Below are positions 29,901 to 40,100 of a DNA stretch of 64,000 nt, piece after piece. Every line of letters starts with the position of its first letter. Position 1 is the stretch's first letter. Origin of the DNA: a virus (Duplodnaviria; Caudoviricetes); IMG/VR virus record IMGVR_UViG_3300022591_000002. One strand, written 5' to 3'. Both the position numbers and the translations under genes were made by a program. The notes below the pieces were generated by a model that worked only from the letters and a program-made list of their open reading frames with translations, did not search any database and was not told the DNA's origin.

Positions 29901-32900
29901 ACAAACAGGCGGCGGTGACGTTAACAACCCAACATACTTTACAATCTATGTAGCAGGTAATGCTTACTACACAGTTCTAAGTTCTGTTTCAGCTCCTGAT
30001 CCTATTACTCCAGGACAGTCATTCATTAGTGCGGCTGTTGATTCAACTGGTAATGATCAAACAGCACAAGAAACTCAAGCAATTACATTTATTGCAAACT
30101 TAGCTGACAAAGTTGTTGCAAACACATTGGCAAACGCTTTACAAAATACAACTACACAAGTTACTCAACTAGCGTTGACTGGCGGTGCAAGTGCAATTCC
30201 AACAATGAACACATTGTTTGATACATTGACTGGTATTATTGTAAACGGTTTAGATACTGCTCCTAAGACAACTTCAAGAACCGGTGTACCTGTTACAGGT
30301 GCGGCAAGTGCGGCATCATTATTGCTACAAAACAAAGCATTCTTCCAAGCAGAAACATTGGCTTACTTAGACAGTCAATACTTTGTTTACGATCATAAAA
30401 CATGCCGTCGTGACTTGGGCTATATATTAGATGGCTTTGGATGGGACGTACTATATCAAAGTAACTACCAATCACGTAAAGTTGGTAATGCATATCAACG
30501 TCAAGCAAGTGCTTATGTATTAGCTTCTGAGAAGACACAAACTGTTGATGCTATTTCACACATTGCTTCGTTGGCAACAAACTTAGCTGGTGTAAGTAGT
30601 GTAGGTGAAGCTATTTCCAACATTACACAAGCTTCTACAAATATTCAAAATATTATCAACAATGGTACAAATGCACAGCCTACATTATCGTTGCCTGATT
30701 ATCCTGGTATTGATACAGGTATTAGTAGTGCAAAACAATTAATCTTACGTAACATAGACTTTATTCGTGAAGAAACTGTTGCATGGATTGATGCTACATA
30801 TCCATCGTTCACATACGATCAGGCAAAATGTACTAGAGACATTGGATACATTATTGATGCATTGTCTGCAGACATCTTAACAGGTTCTAACTATCGTGCA
30901 GTTAAAGCGGGCCAAGCATACTATAGAGGTAATGCTAACAACGTTCTAAATAACGAGCTAACAGAAACTGTTGCGTCATTTAATTACGTTAGAGATTTAG
31001 TTGAAGCATTGCCTGCGGTATCTGCAAGCTCAACAGCTACAACAAAAGTTATTAATGATATTGCAACCATTAACAATATTGTACAAAATGGCCTAAGCGT
31101 AAGCCCAACAGTAACATATCCATTACCAAGTGGTATTGATTCTGGTTATGCAAGTGCTAGCCAATTGATGCAAGGTAACTTGTCATTCATTCAAGCTGAG
31201 GTTGAAGGATACGTACACAGCACATTCGGTGGATTCACTTATAATCAACCTAAGTGCTATCGCGATACAGGTTTAATTGTTGATGCGATTGCACAAGATA
31301 TCTTATTTGGCGGAACAAGTCAAACAACATTTGCTGGTTTACAATATTGGAATCAAGCAGGTTACGTCGGTACTATTGCAAACGAGTTAACAACAACTAC
31401 TAACGCAATTAACTATGTTAAGAGCTTGGCACAGAAAGTTGTGTTAAATGACACAACAGGTATCCGTTATCAGTCTGGTGTAGCTCAAGTAACTAACTTA
31501 CCTGCCGCTACTAGCGCAGAACAAACTGCTATTGCTACTGACTTCAGTGTAATCACTACTATCTTAACTGGCGGTACTGCTGGTGTAACAGATATTATTG
31601 TTCCAAACGGTTTAACATCTAGCGCAGACGTAAACGTTCAACACGCATACGCTATCTTAGAAGCTAACAAAGCATACTTAAAAGCAGAAGCTGTTGCGTA
31701 TGTTGAAGCTACTAAGACTTCTGGCTTCACTTATGATCAAGCTAAGTGCGCTCGTGACGTAGGTTACATGGTTGACTCAGTTGCATTTGACTTGTTGTAT
31801 GGCGGTAATCGTCAAGCAGTTCAGTCAGGTGTTTACTATTATGGTTTCTCTAATAGTTCAAGTGCTATTCCAAATGAAAGTCAACAGACTATTCAGGCAT
31901 ACAACTATATTAAATCTATATTGCCAAACATCATTGCAGGAACTGCTGTAACAACATATCAAAGTACAGTTACTCAAGTAACTAACTTAACACCTGGTGC
32001 AGGTGCAAATGGTACAACAGCTCAAGGATTAGTTGATGGTATTACTAATATTATTGCAACAGGTCCAAGTGCGGCACCTAGCCCAACAAGTATTGGTTTA
32101 ACACAAGGCGATACAAACGCAGTTAATGCCGCTAAGATCTTAGAAGCTAACAGAACGTTTATCCAAGCACAGGTAGTCGCATATATTAATCAACTATATC
32201 CAACTAGCTTTGTTTACGATAGAGCCAAGTGCTTCAGAGATGTTGGTTTCTTAACACAAGCATTGATTTATGACCTAACATATGGTGGTAATTCAATGAG
32301 TGTTGATGCCGCATTACAGTATTTTGATAGTGCAAATAATAACGTTAGCACTATTCCTAATGAAAGACCACAGACTACTGCGGCTATCAATTATATTAAT
32401 ACTGTTGCGCAAAAGATTATTAGAAATCTTGCACCAACAACTGTTTACACAACTGCTACACAGTACACTAACAATGCGTTGACTCTTGGATCTAATGCGG
32501 CTGGTACTATTGCTACATTGGTTACAGACATGAGCAATATTGTTCAGAACGGTATTACTGCTACACCAACAATTCAACCAATTACAATTACTGCTCCAAC
32601 TTATGCGCAGACTGCTGTAAACTCAATTGAATCTAGCAAGTACACTATTGCAAGTGAAACCATTACATGGATCAATCAAACTTACACCTTGTTTACATAC
32701 AACAAGGCCACATGTAAGAGAGATACACAATTTATTGTTGAAGGTATGCTGTACGATTTAATGTATGGTGGTAACTGGCAATCTGTTGATGCTGGATTGA
32801 ACTACTGGAAAGCTAAGACTGTTGGGTCAGTAAGTTTAATTCCAAATGAAATTACTCAAACAGTCGGTGCTATCAACTTTGTTAACACATTGTTTGGATA

Positions 32901-33678
32901 CATTGCAACAAACACAGTTCCTTCTAGCTATTATCAAAATACAGTAGCACAATATATTAATCCTAGCTTGCTTGGAGGTGCAAACGCATTACCAACATTG
33001 GCTAACTTAACAAATATTGTTACTAAGATTATTGCTCAAGGCGCGTCTGGTGCTCCAGCTATTGTATATCCAACTGCTCCGGCACACGATAATACTGTAG
33101 CAGGTGTTCGTGCAATCATTACTGCAAATACAAACACATTGATTACAAATACATTGAGCTATATTGATACTAAGTACAACGGTTTTGAATATAATCAAGA
33201 AATTTGTAAACGTGACGTTGGATTGATTATTGATGCTATTGCTACAGACTTAGCAAGCGGCGGCAACTATCAAACTGTACTAGCAGGACAAAGTTATTAT
33301 GCTCGTGCAGGCACACACCATTTAGTTACAATTGAAGATAACGTTGCAGATGCTACACTATTCCCAGATAAGAATAGAATTAATTTCTACAGACGTTCAT
33401 ACATGTCAGCTTCTGGTTACTTGTTCGAATATGTAGGTGCAGGTTCTAACTATGGTGCTTTACCATATGTAGGTCGTGCCGATCCTGTTCAAGCACATGA
33501 AACTGTACAATTAAATAATGGTAAGGTGTTCTTTACATCAACTGACCAAAACGGTGACTTCCGTATTGGCCCAGGATTGGTAATTAGCCAGGCGACTGGT
33601 GTGTTATCAGGAAGAACATTTACTAAATCGCTATTTGCCAACTTGACACCGTTCGTATTGGCAATTGAAGGACTATAA
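20923..33678 (+). CDS. Giant virion/tail protein (4251 aa): beta-helix-like scaffold carrying 21 tandem ~160-aa CxRD repeats
   Basis: TAAATA at 20824-20829 and SD AGGAG at 20909-20913, giving ATG 20923 (MAIGRITG) rather than GTG 20902. VLYVSMDGSDTNDG beta-helix entry motif; repeats visible in the translation. Confidence 0.75.
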   Translation: MAIGRITGPLLASNLLRDGIDLQVESGLLYLDVTNGRIGVKTQSPAYDLDVNGTLHANKLIVDTTSTLGLLQISRSVNSATISTISGPLNITPATNQTVFVGTNTTIGGNLHAIGNITADGNIILGSNQLVDTLALGAELVSSIIPKVNNTYDIGSTTSNWAHGYFNSIVAGGLGFAGNTITPTTPNTDINISPTGNGVTNVNSNIRVLGTNPLGTAPVTSNVLYVSMDGSDTNDGRAADPSRACRTISGATKSPYYQSGTSIKVAPGRYLEDNPIELKPYTSVIGSDLRTTDVEPINKTRDLFHVQSGCYVAQMRLLNGRSGLIPGGFGVSEYGYKIGNNRGAYATAFPNTQIIDLYHSPYIQNVSNQSGPWLYDGTMFIPNQTVQVPEAVGVASYVANTNTITVSLTTGTLYVGQAVNSGPQDEGYFAARTLLLANEAFIQEQVVAWTNQEYGGPFQYNATKCSRDTGLIIDGLALDALYAGTSQTVFSGLQYWNQTGYVGAIGGEVSTTTAAVQWISSLTSAIILGQAVPFTYQNTVTQTVVTNVGNSADVTTVQKDFKVITDIITTGTTAVTDKIIANGSITTATHTLNAYQALQSNKAFLQAEAIAWVEANKTIGFTYNQAKCSRDTGLIVDAIVQDMLFGGTSQSTFAGIQYWNQAGYVNTFANELSTTTAAISYIKDLAQRVVKNDLTGTRYQNSAPQITSPTPGTVAEAATVGAEFDVILNIINNGTVGVTDIIVPNSINASADVNVQHAYALLESNKTYLQAEAIAFVEATKTVGFTYDGVKCARDVGYMVDSVAFDLLYGGNRQAVQSGVYYYGYSNTSSAIPGEKAQTLNAYTHIRSIIADIVAGSPLSVTYQYAVPQVTNLTPATASEVTTLQSKLDVITTIINNGPTSAASPTSIPQTKSGNANILNAAALLEANRSFIRAETIAYINAQYAIYDQAKCLRDTGLIIDALAFDLLYPTATDSQSTFAGLQYWNQGDYVKPIGNEIITATNAVLFASKLAQKLVTNSTAGARYQSTVTQVTTLPAATTAEVGLVASDFGVVLDILNKGTVGVTDKIVPNTTASSTASILHAYNILNANRTYIQAETVAYVDAIRGTFPYNHAKCERDTRLIVDALVQDLLFQGSSQTVFSGLSYWNQAGYTGSIAGELSTTTNAINYVSSLAQKVILNDQTGVRYQSTVTQNVSFTPGTTSEKSAIGTDFALIVDIITNGTKDVTDRIVPNGITASGNNNITNSYNILQANKAYLIAEGVAYVEATKTSGFTYNGTKCQRDIGYMVDSVSFDLLYGGNRQAVQSGVYYYNFNGTTAIPGESAQVLAAYTHIKNILPSVIQGFSTSPYQTWEAQTTSGLGGSNSEVTYVQALVDTLENIIQSGPSQAPAEVPIGLTRSTNPNVINAATLLHSNREFIAQEVTAFIDATYSSNTFTYNEAKCKRDTGLIVDALAQDLYFGGTSQTTFAGIQYWNHTSLVGAIPSEINTTTAAISYVATLAQRIVLNDTTGIRYTTSTQVTNLSAPGTAAEAAVIANEFATILNILSTGTVGISDKIIPNGITPSTTARVLNAYALLEANKTYLEAEAVAFVEATKTSGFTYNQTKCARDVGFMVDSVAFDLKWGGNRQAVQSGVYYYGYSNSSSAIPNETTQVLDAYTYLSTLVGSIITATPVIPYQTDVTQVSNLPGATNAEVTTLQNNVSVIKNIIANGPLVASAPTSIPLVPSSNASVYNAVQLLEANKDFIKAELTAYINQKYNVFSYNEDKCFRDTGYIVDSIAFDILHGGNRQAIQSGVYYYGFSSTASAIPGEQANTIAAYNRIKAIIGPILLGQAINKSPGNPSTQQLGLPISSQLQITNLQSKVDKITNIINIGPSAAATPTPISLTISSDVNAQKAFNYLMANRTFIANEVVAYVNAQYGTAFEYDQAKCYRDIGYMIDCVSFDLLRGGNRQAIQAGTLYFGYSNTQTQVPNELTQTVMAYKYLSTVVSAVVQSQALTSFYQSEVPQVLNENAKSNIAVAAELTADIELMTRIISNGPTEAPALIPISLTPSSDTARANAYALLKANRDFIVAEIIAYVNTMPNFIYDQAKCRRDVGIIVENLAYDISFGGNAKAVESGLGYYRGVTSVIQGETTQTIGAINYINTLAQDVITNTVAPNLIGVTATNAQVINTALIGGGIASTALANGVDIITNIIQNGPSAAPESHIGSAVDPAFMSAEILLQLNRSFIQQEVISYINQSFLDFPYDSAKCQRDTGLIVDAVAFDMLYPGNQYSQSTFAGVQYWSQGTYTGSIGSELSTTTNAVGYLKSLAQKVILNDTSGARYQNNISQTTVAGAPGTQAEVTLIGADFDIIVEVINNYTVTGLPITDGIIPNGSALTDITINNAYALLVANRQYLQAETVAWVEANKTVGFTYDKAKCFRDAGYMVDSVAFDLLHGGNRQAVQSGVYYYSYTGGTTQIPNQKTQTVAAFNHVRDVAELLIRGQLVIPTVGNPLLPVSGLPVASASEVTLIQNIFANITNIITNGPSVAGTPNSISLTKSPNINIQRAFAILEANRAFLQKEMTAWVDYTYNSNGFNYNQEVCYRDTGLIVDAISQDILLGGNHKSIEAAVTYWVGAVSVIQGEITQTTAAYNYLATVAGNVVSNTTMTNTFSYAKQIVNPFYDGGIYAVPRINSLVAMMNNIIANGPSAAPDGYDGSGFFPVRFDPIIDNVNIAPVIASLTDNGDGTYNIGLTQNTVGAGTNYTMYFGQTSVYPVQDKDVPDEWAQRKIDPFGSMGGSLVDGAVISDRSPIQSFVYDAFTQINQGGVGIKITNNGYAQLVSVFTIFCGTSVITENGGICSITNSNANFGDYCLVSKGYGRLDFFGEIYNPPVLPYYPNGVYPSQQVVQVYCPDPNDRPHIGQIMEVVAPEGYINNQGLPGFLAANPNTSTITTGTVTIHGIDNTGIVIGQNVYVRDQYGNYTDIDGTYYCATGTVVADVGFQSLTLSKALQTGGGDVNNPTYFTIYVAGNAYYTVLSSVSAPDPITPGQSFISAAVDSTGNDQTAQETQAITFIANLADKVVANTLANALQNTTTQVTQLALTGGASAIPTMNTLFDTLTGIIVNGLDTAPKTTSRTGVPVTGAASAASLLLQNKAFFQAETLAYLDSQYFVYDHKTCRRDLGYILDGFGWDVLYQSNYQSRKVGNAYQRQASAYVLASEKTQTVDAISHIASLATNLAGVSSVGEAISNITQASTNIQNIINNGTNAQPTLSLPDYPGIDTGISSAKQLILRNIDFIREETVAWIDATYPSFTYDQAKCTRDIGYIIDALSADILTGSNYRAVKAGQAYYRGNANNVLNNELTETVASFNYVRDLVEALPAVSASSTATTKVINDIATINNIVQNGLSVSPTVTYPLPSGIDSGYASASQLMQGNLSFIQAEVEGYVHSTFGGFTYNQPKCYRDTGLIVDAIAQDILFGGTSQTTFAGLQYWNQAGYVGTIANELTTTTNAINYVKSLAQKVVLNDTTGIRYQSGVAQVTNLPAATSAEQTAIATDFSVITTILTGGTAGVTDIIVPNGLTSSADVNVQHAYAILEANKAYLKAEAVAYVEATKTSGFTYDQAKCARDVGYMVDSVAFDLLYGGNRQAVQSGVYYYGFSNSSSAIPNESQQTIQAYNYIKSILPNIIAGTAVTTYQSTVTQVTNLTPGAGANGTTAQGLVDGITNIIATGPSAAPSPTSIGLTQGDTNAVNAAKILEANRTFIQAQVVAYINQLYPTSFVYDRAKCFRDVGFLTQALIYDLTYGGNSMSVDAALQYFDSANNNVSTIPNERPQTTAAINYINTVAQKIIRNLAPTTVYTTATQYTNNALTLGSNAAGTIATLVTDMSNIVQNGITATPTIQPITITAPTYAQTAVNSIESSKYTIASETITWINQTYTLFTYNKATCKRDTQFIVEGMLYDLMYGGNWQSVDAGLNYWKAKTVGSVSLIPNEITQTVGAINFVNTLFGYIATNTVPSSYYQNTVAQYINPSLLGGANALPTLANLTNIVTKIIAQGASGAPAIVYPTAPAHDNTVAGVRAIITANTNTLITNTLSYIDTKYNGFEYNQEICKRDVGLIIDAIATDLASGGNYQTVLAGQSYYARAGTHHLVTIEDNVADATLFPDKNRINFYRRSYMSASGYLFEYVGAGSNYGALPYVGRADPVQAHETVQLNNGKVFFTSTDQNGDFRIGPGLVISQATGVLSGRTFTKSLFANLTPFVLAIEGL
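22200..33330 (+). repeat. Tandem intragenic repeat array: 14 + 7 units of about 430-490 nt, consensus F-x-Y-[DN]-x-x-K-C-x-R-D-[TVI]-G-[LY]-I-V-D-x-[LV]-x-x-D-L-L-x-G-G
   Basis: Cys codons at 22315, 22804, 23296, 23776, 24268 ... 33205. A non-repeat segment at about 29000-30050 splits the array. Confidence 0.9.
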
Positions 33679-33690
33679 GGATAATATAAA

Positions 33691-34098
33691 ATGGCACTAA
33701 TTCCATTAAACACGTTTAAGACTAAAACAATAGTCTTAACAACAGCAACAAACTCAAGAGTTTATACAGCTCCCGTTGGAACTACGGCTATTATATTGAT
33801 GGCCAACATAGCCAACATTGACACATATACTACCGCAACAGAAGCACAAGGGATACACGCAGTAACTTTTGCGCACTATCGGAACTTACCAGTGTTGCCA
33901 GATGCACAGGGTAATGGAGGACAAGCAGGTAACGTGACTACTGAAATGGTAAGTCAGTTTCAGATCCCTCCAAATGACTCTGCAAACATGATACCGGGTA
34001 AGATGATTATCGAACAATTAGACAGTATTGTATGCTATGCAGATGCACCAAACACTTGCAAACTAACACTGAGCGTATTAGAAACAGCTAACCAATAA
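33691..34098 (+). CDS. Small beta-rich structural protein (135 aa)
   Basis: VYTAPVGTTAIILMANIAN...FQIPPNDS...GKMIIEQLD; resembles the protein at 19649-20008. Confidence 0.6.
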   Translation: MALIPLNTFKTKTIVLTTATNSRVYTAPVGTTAIILMANIANIDTYTTATEAQGIHAVTFAHYRNLPVLPDAQGNGGQAGNVTTEMVSQFQIPPNDSANMIPGKMIIEQLDSIVCYADAPNTCKLTLSVLETANQ

Positions 34099-34113
34099 TT
34101 TTAGGAATTAAAA

Positions 34114-37100
34114 ATGCCAGCACTACTAAGCGGATCAAAAGCTACAACCAAAAGTGGTAGTTTATCTCCATTAAGATATCAATTTATTACTCTTGCTCAA
34201 GCTCAGGCCGCTTTGGGCGCCACACCTAGCTTAACAACAGGTTATACGATTGTTGTAGGGGCTAATGGCGTTGCAACATTTACAAACAGTTTAGGAAATA
34301 TTGGGTTTACATCAGGTACAATTACAAGTCAAACAACAGATGGTAACTTAGTTTTAAATCCAAGCGGTACAGGTACTATTACACTTAACGGTCCTGTTAA
34401 TATTCCTCAAGGTATTATTGGTAACGGTTTTAAAACAGAAGCAAAAGTAGCAACTACCGGTCCTATTACAATTAACACAAGCACCAGCACAGTCACATAC
34501 GATGGTGTTGACCTAACCTATCTAGATCGTATTGTAGTTAGAGCACAGGTAGATCCAACAGAAAACGGCATTTATGTTGTTCAAACTGCTACACTAATTG
34601 GTGCCACAACAGCAAGCTCTGCAATTACTTTAGTACGTTCATCTGATGCAAACACAAATAATCAAATGGCACACGCGGCCATTCCTGTTATTGCTGGTAA
34701 CACATACGGTCGTACATTATTCTTTACAACATTTAGAAAAATTGATGCGCTTGGTACAGACCCTGTGTTCTGGTCAGAAATTATTGACGATGTATCAACA
34801 CAAACAATCTATAACAAAGTAATTGAAAATGCAAACATTGGCGTTCGCCAACCAGGCACCGGTCAATTTACAATTCTAACAGCAACAACATTTAATGTAA
34901 ACGCATTTACAGTTACTGGTGCATTTACTGTACTTGGTGCAGTTAAAATGGATCCAGTCAACGCCAACGTTGAAATTAGTCCAACAGGCACTGGCACAGT
35001 TACAATCAGCGCAGGAAATGTAGGTAATATTGATAACATGATTATCGGTAACAATGTTCCTCGCCCAGCAACATTTACAAACTTACAAGCAACAACACAA
35101 ATTTTTGTAGCATCAACTACCGACTCTACAAGCACAACAACTGGTGCAGTAGTAGTAACAGGTGGTGTTGGTATTGGTAAAAATTTAACCATTGGTGGTA
35201 ACTTAACCTTAAGTGGTGCCGGTGGTCAAGCGCAAGGCGGAATTGCGGCAGGTAGTATCACTACAACTAACTTAACTGTTACTGGACCATCAGTATTTTA
35301 CACAACAACTAATTCTACATCAACTACCACAGGCGCACTTGTTATTGCAGGTGGCGTTGGTATTGCACAAGATTTAGTTTTAGGCGGACAATTAGTATTC
35401 AGTGGACAAGGTAATCAATTACGGGTGTCTACATTAGGTGTCACTTCTAGCACAAATTCAACAAGCACAACAACTGGAGCCGCAGTAGTTACTGGCGGTG
35501 TTGGTATCGGTGGCGATGTTTGGATTGGTGGCCAGTTACACTTTGCAGGTAACGGCGGAGATTTAACACTTTCAACTCTTTCAGTAAGTTCTACAACAAA
35601 CTCTACATCAACAACTACAGGTGCTATTACAGTAGCAGGTGGTGTTGGCATTGCAAAAGATTTAGTGTTAGGTGGCAATTTAACATTTAGCGGAACAGCA
35701 GGCACAATTAACGCACAACAAGTTATTGTATCTGGAACACAAACATCAACAAGCACAACAACTGGAGCCTTAGTAGTAACTGGTGGTGTGGGCATTGGCA
35801 AAGATGTGTTCATTGGCGGCAATTTAAATTTAGGTGGCGCATTACAGTTTGGTAATTCTTTCACAGCAACATTTGTAAGTATTCACGTTACAAGTACAGC
35901 AAGCGATACAAGTAATTTCCTTAACAATGCTCTTTATGTTGAAGGCGGTATTAGTACTAAGAAAGATTTAAGCGTTTACGGTAATACTGTAATCAGCGGC
36001 AACCTGACAGTACTTGGTACACAAACTATTGTTGATAGTCAAAACACATACGTTATTGATCCAGTAATAGACATTGGTACAGGTATTAACAACACTCCAT
36101 TACCAAGCAATGATGGCTTAGACCGTGGTTTATTATTACACTATAACACAGGTGCTACTTCAGCAACAGACAATCACGCATTCTTAGGACGTGATGCATC
36201 AACTGGTTTCTTAGCCTATAAGGTAAACATCTATCCAGGCGGCTATGAAAACTTCCCAGCTACATTTGCCAGCACAGGCACATTTGGTACAGCACAGTTT
36301 GGTGGCTTACGTTTAGTAGGCGGAAGTGTTGCAGTATCAACAAACACAGGTGATCTACAAGTATTGGGTGGTATTGGTGTTACAGGAAATTCATACCTTG
36401 CAGGTAAGATTACTCTAGCAAACTCAAGTGCCAATTCAACACAAACACTTAACCATGCATTAATATTAACATCGGGTGGTGTTGGTGTTGCAGGTGATAG
36501 TTACTTTGGTGGTATTGTTGGTTTTGGTAATGCTACTGCAAGTAGCAGTCCATCAACTGGCGCAGTAACAGTAACTGGCGGTCTTGGTGTTGTAGGTAAT
36601 TCAAGTTTAGGCGGCCCAGTACGCATTTACGCAAGTACAAGTGCTACGTCAACAGGCACAGGTGCATTGATTGTTGCAGGCGGCGCAGGATTTAACGGCG
36701 ACATTTACGCTCACAAGATTTATACTGATGCTGGCTTAACACAATTAGCAAACTTTAACGGTGGTACAATTAGCGATCCGTTAATTCAATCAAATAGCAC
36801 AACAGCAACATCAACAAGCAACGCGGCACTGGTGGTGTATGGTGGTGTTGGCATTGGTCAAAACTTGATTGTTGGCGGAACCATTACAGCTAACATACTA
36901 TATTCAGGCGGAGCACAAGTACTTACAACTGCTACTCCAACAGGATTTGACGGTGGTGTTATTCACTATCCATTAGTTATTGGTGATCCAAATAACTTAC
37001 TAAACACAACAGCCTTAACTCTAAACTCTATTGTTGAATCATACAACACTCAAAGCGGTGCTATGATTTCGTATGGTGGACTTGGTGTTGCTAAGAGTGT

Positions 37101-40100
37101 TCATATTGGCGGTACATTAAGTCGTGAAGGCGATTATAAGACTTACAATTGGGCAGATCGTGGTGTAAGTTTAAATTTACCAAGTGCGTTATACTATGAC
37201 ATTGATGGTTTAGGTACCTACACATCATTGAACGCAACATTCATTGACGTTCCGGTGTTTGATAGTGCGTATACAACACTATACAGTACAGCGTCTACTG
37301 TTTATATTGGTGGCGCACCGGTTTCTAATTCAAGCAATTTACGTATCAGCAAAGCATATTCATTATATGTTAACAGCGGAACAGTTTATATTGGTGATAC
37401 TGCTACAAACGCTTTAACAATCGCAGGTGGTGTAAGTGTAGGCGGTAGTTTTGTTGTTACAGATACAATTCGAGCATCGGCAATTTACGACAATAACATT
37501 CGTGTTATTAGCACAGTTAACCTAACAGCTGGTACAGGGTTAAGTGGTGGTGGAACTGTAACAGGTCCAGTAGCAGTATTAACATTAACTAACGCCGGTG
37601 TATTAACTAACACAGCTGGCGCAGGCATCGCAGTTAACACAGCAACAGGTAATGTAACAATTACTAACACTGGTGTGTTGAGCGCAGTTGCTGGTACAGC
37701 TATCAATATTAATACTAGCACAGGCAACATTACAATTAGCAATATTGGTGTAACAAATGTTACAGCAGGTAGCGGAATTAGCTTATCAACAAGCACAGGT
37801 TCTGTTGCGATTGCAAGCATTGACACACTACAATTAGTAACAGCACGTGGCGCAGTAACTGATCGTCCACTCACTTTAACTTCAACTGGCACAGCTCTTA
37901 ACGTTTACAACACAGCAACAATTGGCGGTAGCTTAACCGTTGGCTCAAGTGCAACAGTTGGTACACTATTTGCTGGTACAAGTACATTAGGTAGTTTAAC
38001 AGTTAACGGAACTGCATTAATTTCAGGTAATTTGGTTGTTCAAGGTGCGCAGACAATCATCAATTCAACACAGACATCTTTAGAAGATCCTGTGATTGAC
38101 ATTGGTACTGGCGCAAATAACACAGCATTAACTACCGACGACGGTTACGATAAAGGTATTTTAGTACACTACAATACTGGTGCAAGTACAGCGGCTGACA
38201 ACCATGCATTTATTGGTATGGAACACGCTACACGCAAGTTAACTTTCCGTACAAATATCTATCCAGGCGGTTTTGAAAATGTTCCAAACCCATATTCAAG
38301 TACAGGTACTGTTGGCGGCGCAATATTCAGCGACTTACATCTAGTAGGCGGAGTTGCAAGTACAAGTCCAACTACTGGCGACCTAGTTGTAGACGGTGGC
38401 ATTGGTGTTGCAGGCAACTCAACATTTGGTGGACAAATTACGTTTGCCAATCCAACTAACACAATTAGTACACAAACAGGTGCTGTGCAAATTCAAGGCG
38501 GCCTTGGAATTAACAAAGACGTTTATATTGGCGGTAGCTTGATATTAAATGGTTTCTTAATTTCTACAGCAAGTAACTTTAACGGTGGTACTGTTTACAA
38601 AGATATTGTTAGCAACAGCTTAACACCATCAACAAGCACAACAACAGGTGCTATTGTAATTACAAGTCCAGGCGGTTTAGGTGTAGGTGGCGATGTTAAC
38701 GTTGGCGGATATATCAACGCAAGTGCTATCTATCAAAACGGTCAACCATTAAGTACAAATATCAGTCTAGCATTAGGTCCAGGTTTAAGCGGTGGTACAC
38801 GTACAACAGCTTCTGGTGTTACAATCGCATTGACTAACACTGGTTTAACAAACTTAGCGGCAGGTACCGGCATCCAATTGTCAACTACAACTGGTGCATT
38901 AGTAACAATTACTAACATTGGTGTTCAATCTATTACAGTTGGTGTAGGTATTGGTGCAATTGGTACTGTACCTGGTGCAAGCACCTCAACTGGTTCAGTA
39001 AGATTAGTTAACTTAGGTGTTACAAGTGCTACTGCTGGTACAGGTATTAATATTGATCAAAGCACTGGCAGTATTACAATCAGTAACATTGGTGTACAAT
39101 CTATCCAAGCAGTTGGATCAGGTATTACATTGTCTACAAGTACAGGTTCATTGTTTATTGCCAACGCTGGTGTAACTGCAATTAGCGCAGGTACCGACAC
39201 TTACGTAAGCGCGGCAACTGGTGCTGTTACAGTATGGAGTTATGCAACACTACAATCTGTAACTGATCACGGTAGTACAACAACCAATACTATTGTAATT
39301 AATAACGCAACATCTTCTACAAACGTTAACAACGGCGCATTAGTAGTAGGCGGTGGCGTTGGTATTGCACAAAACTTGTTTGTTGGTGCAAATGCAACTG
39401 TTATTGGTACATTAACTGCTCCAAACGCAGTAATTGCCGACTACACATTTACAGGCAGTTCAATTACTGCTCTTGCAAACGATGGCGCATTGTTTAATGT
39501 TCCAGGAAACGCAGGTAGCATTACATTACAGGCCGCAAGTGTTAATGTTAGTGCGGCAACAAGTGCAACAATTAGCTCTCCTAATGCTACAATTACAGGC
39601 ATTGCTAATTTTACAAACGTAACTACAGCCACAAGCACAACAACTGGTGCTGTTAAAATTGCTGGTGGCGTAAGTGTTGGCAACAACTTATATGTACACG
39701 GTACTATTTTAGCTGAAGGCGGATACTTAGGATTAAATCCTGACAAGATTTTTGCAAGTACATCCAGTGTAACCGTTGTTGATACTGGCTCAGCAGTACA
39801 GCAAGTATTTGTAAGTGTTGGCGGTACAACAAGTACGCAATTCTTTAAAGATAGCGTAAGTGTTAACGTACCATTGTACACAGGCAATATTATCAGTACA
39901 GGCACAATTACACGTTCCGGAACTGTAATTAGAGGCGCATGGGGTCAAAGTGGTGTAGGTTTAGCAGTATTAGATGCTACTTACAACGATACTAACTCAC
40001 AAGGTGTTGTTGGATCTGCACATATTAACGTGTTTGGCCAACCAACAATTAGTGCAACTAGCGGAATCTCAACAACCTATAACGATGTAGCTACATTATA

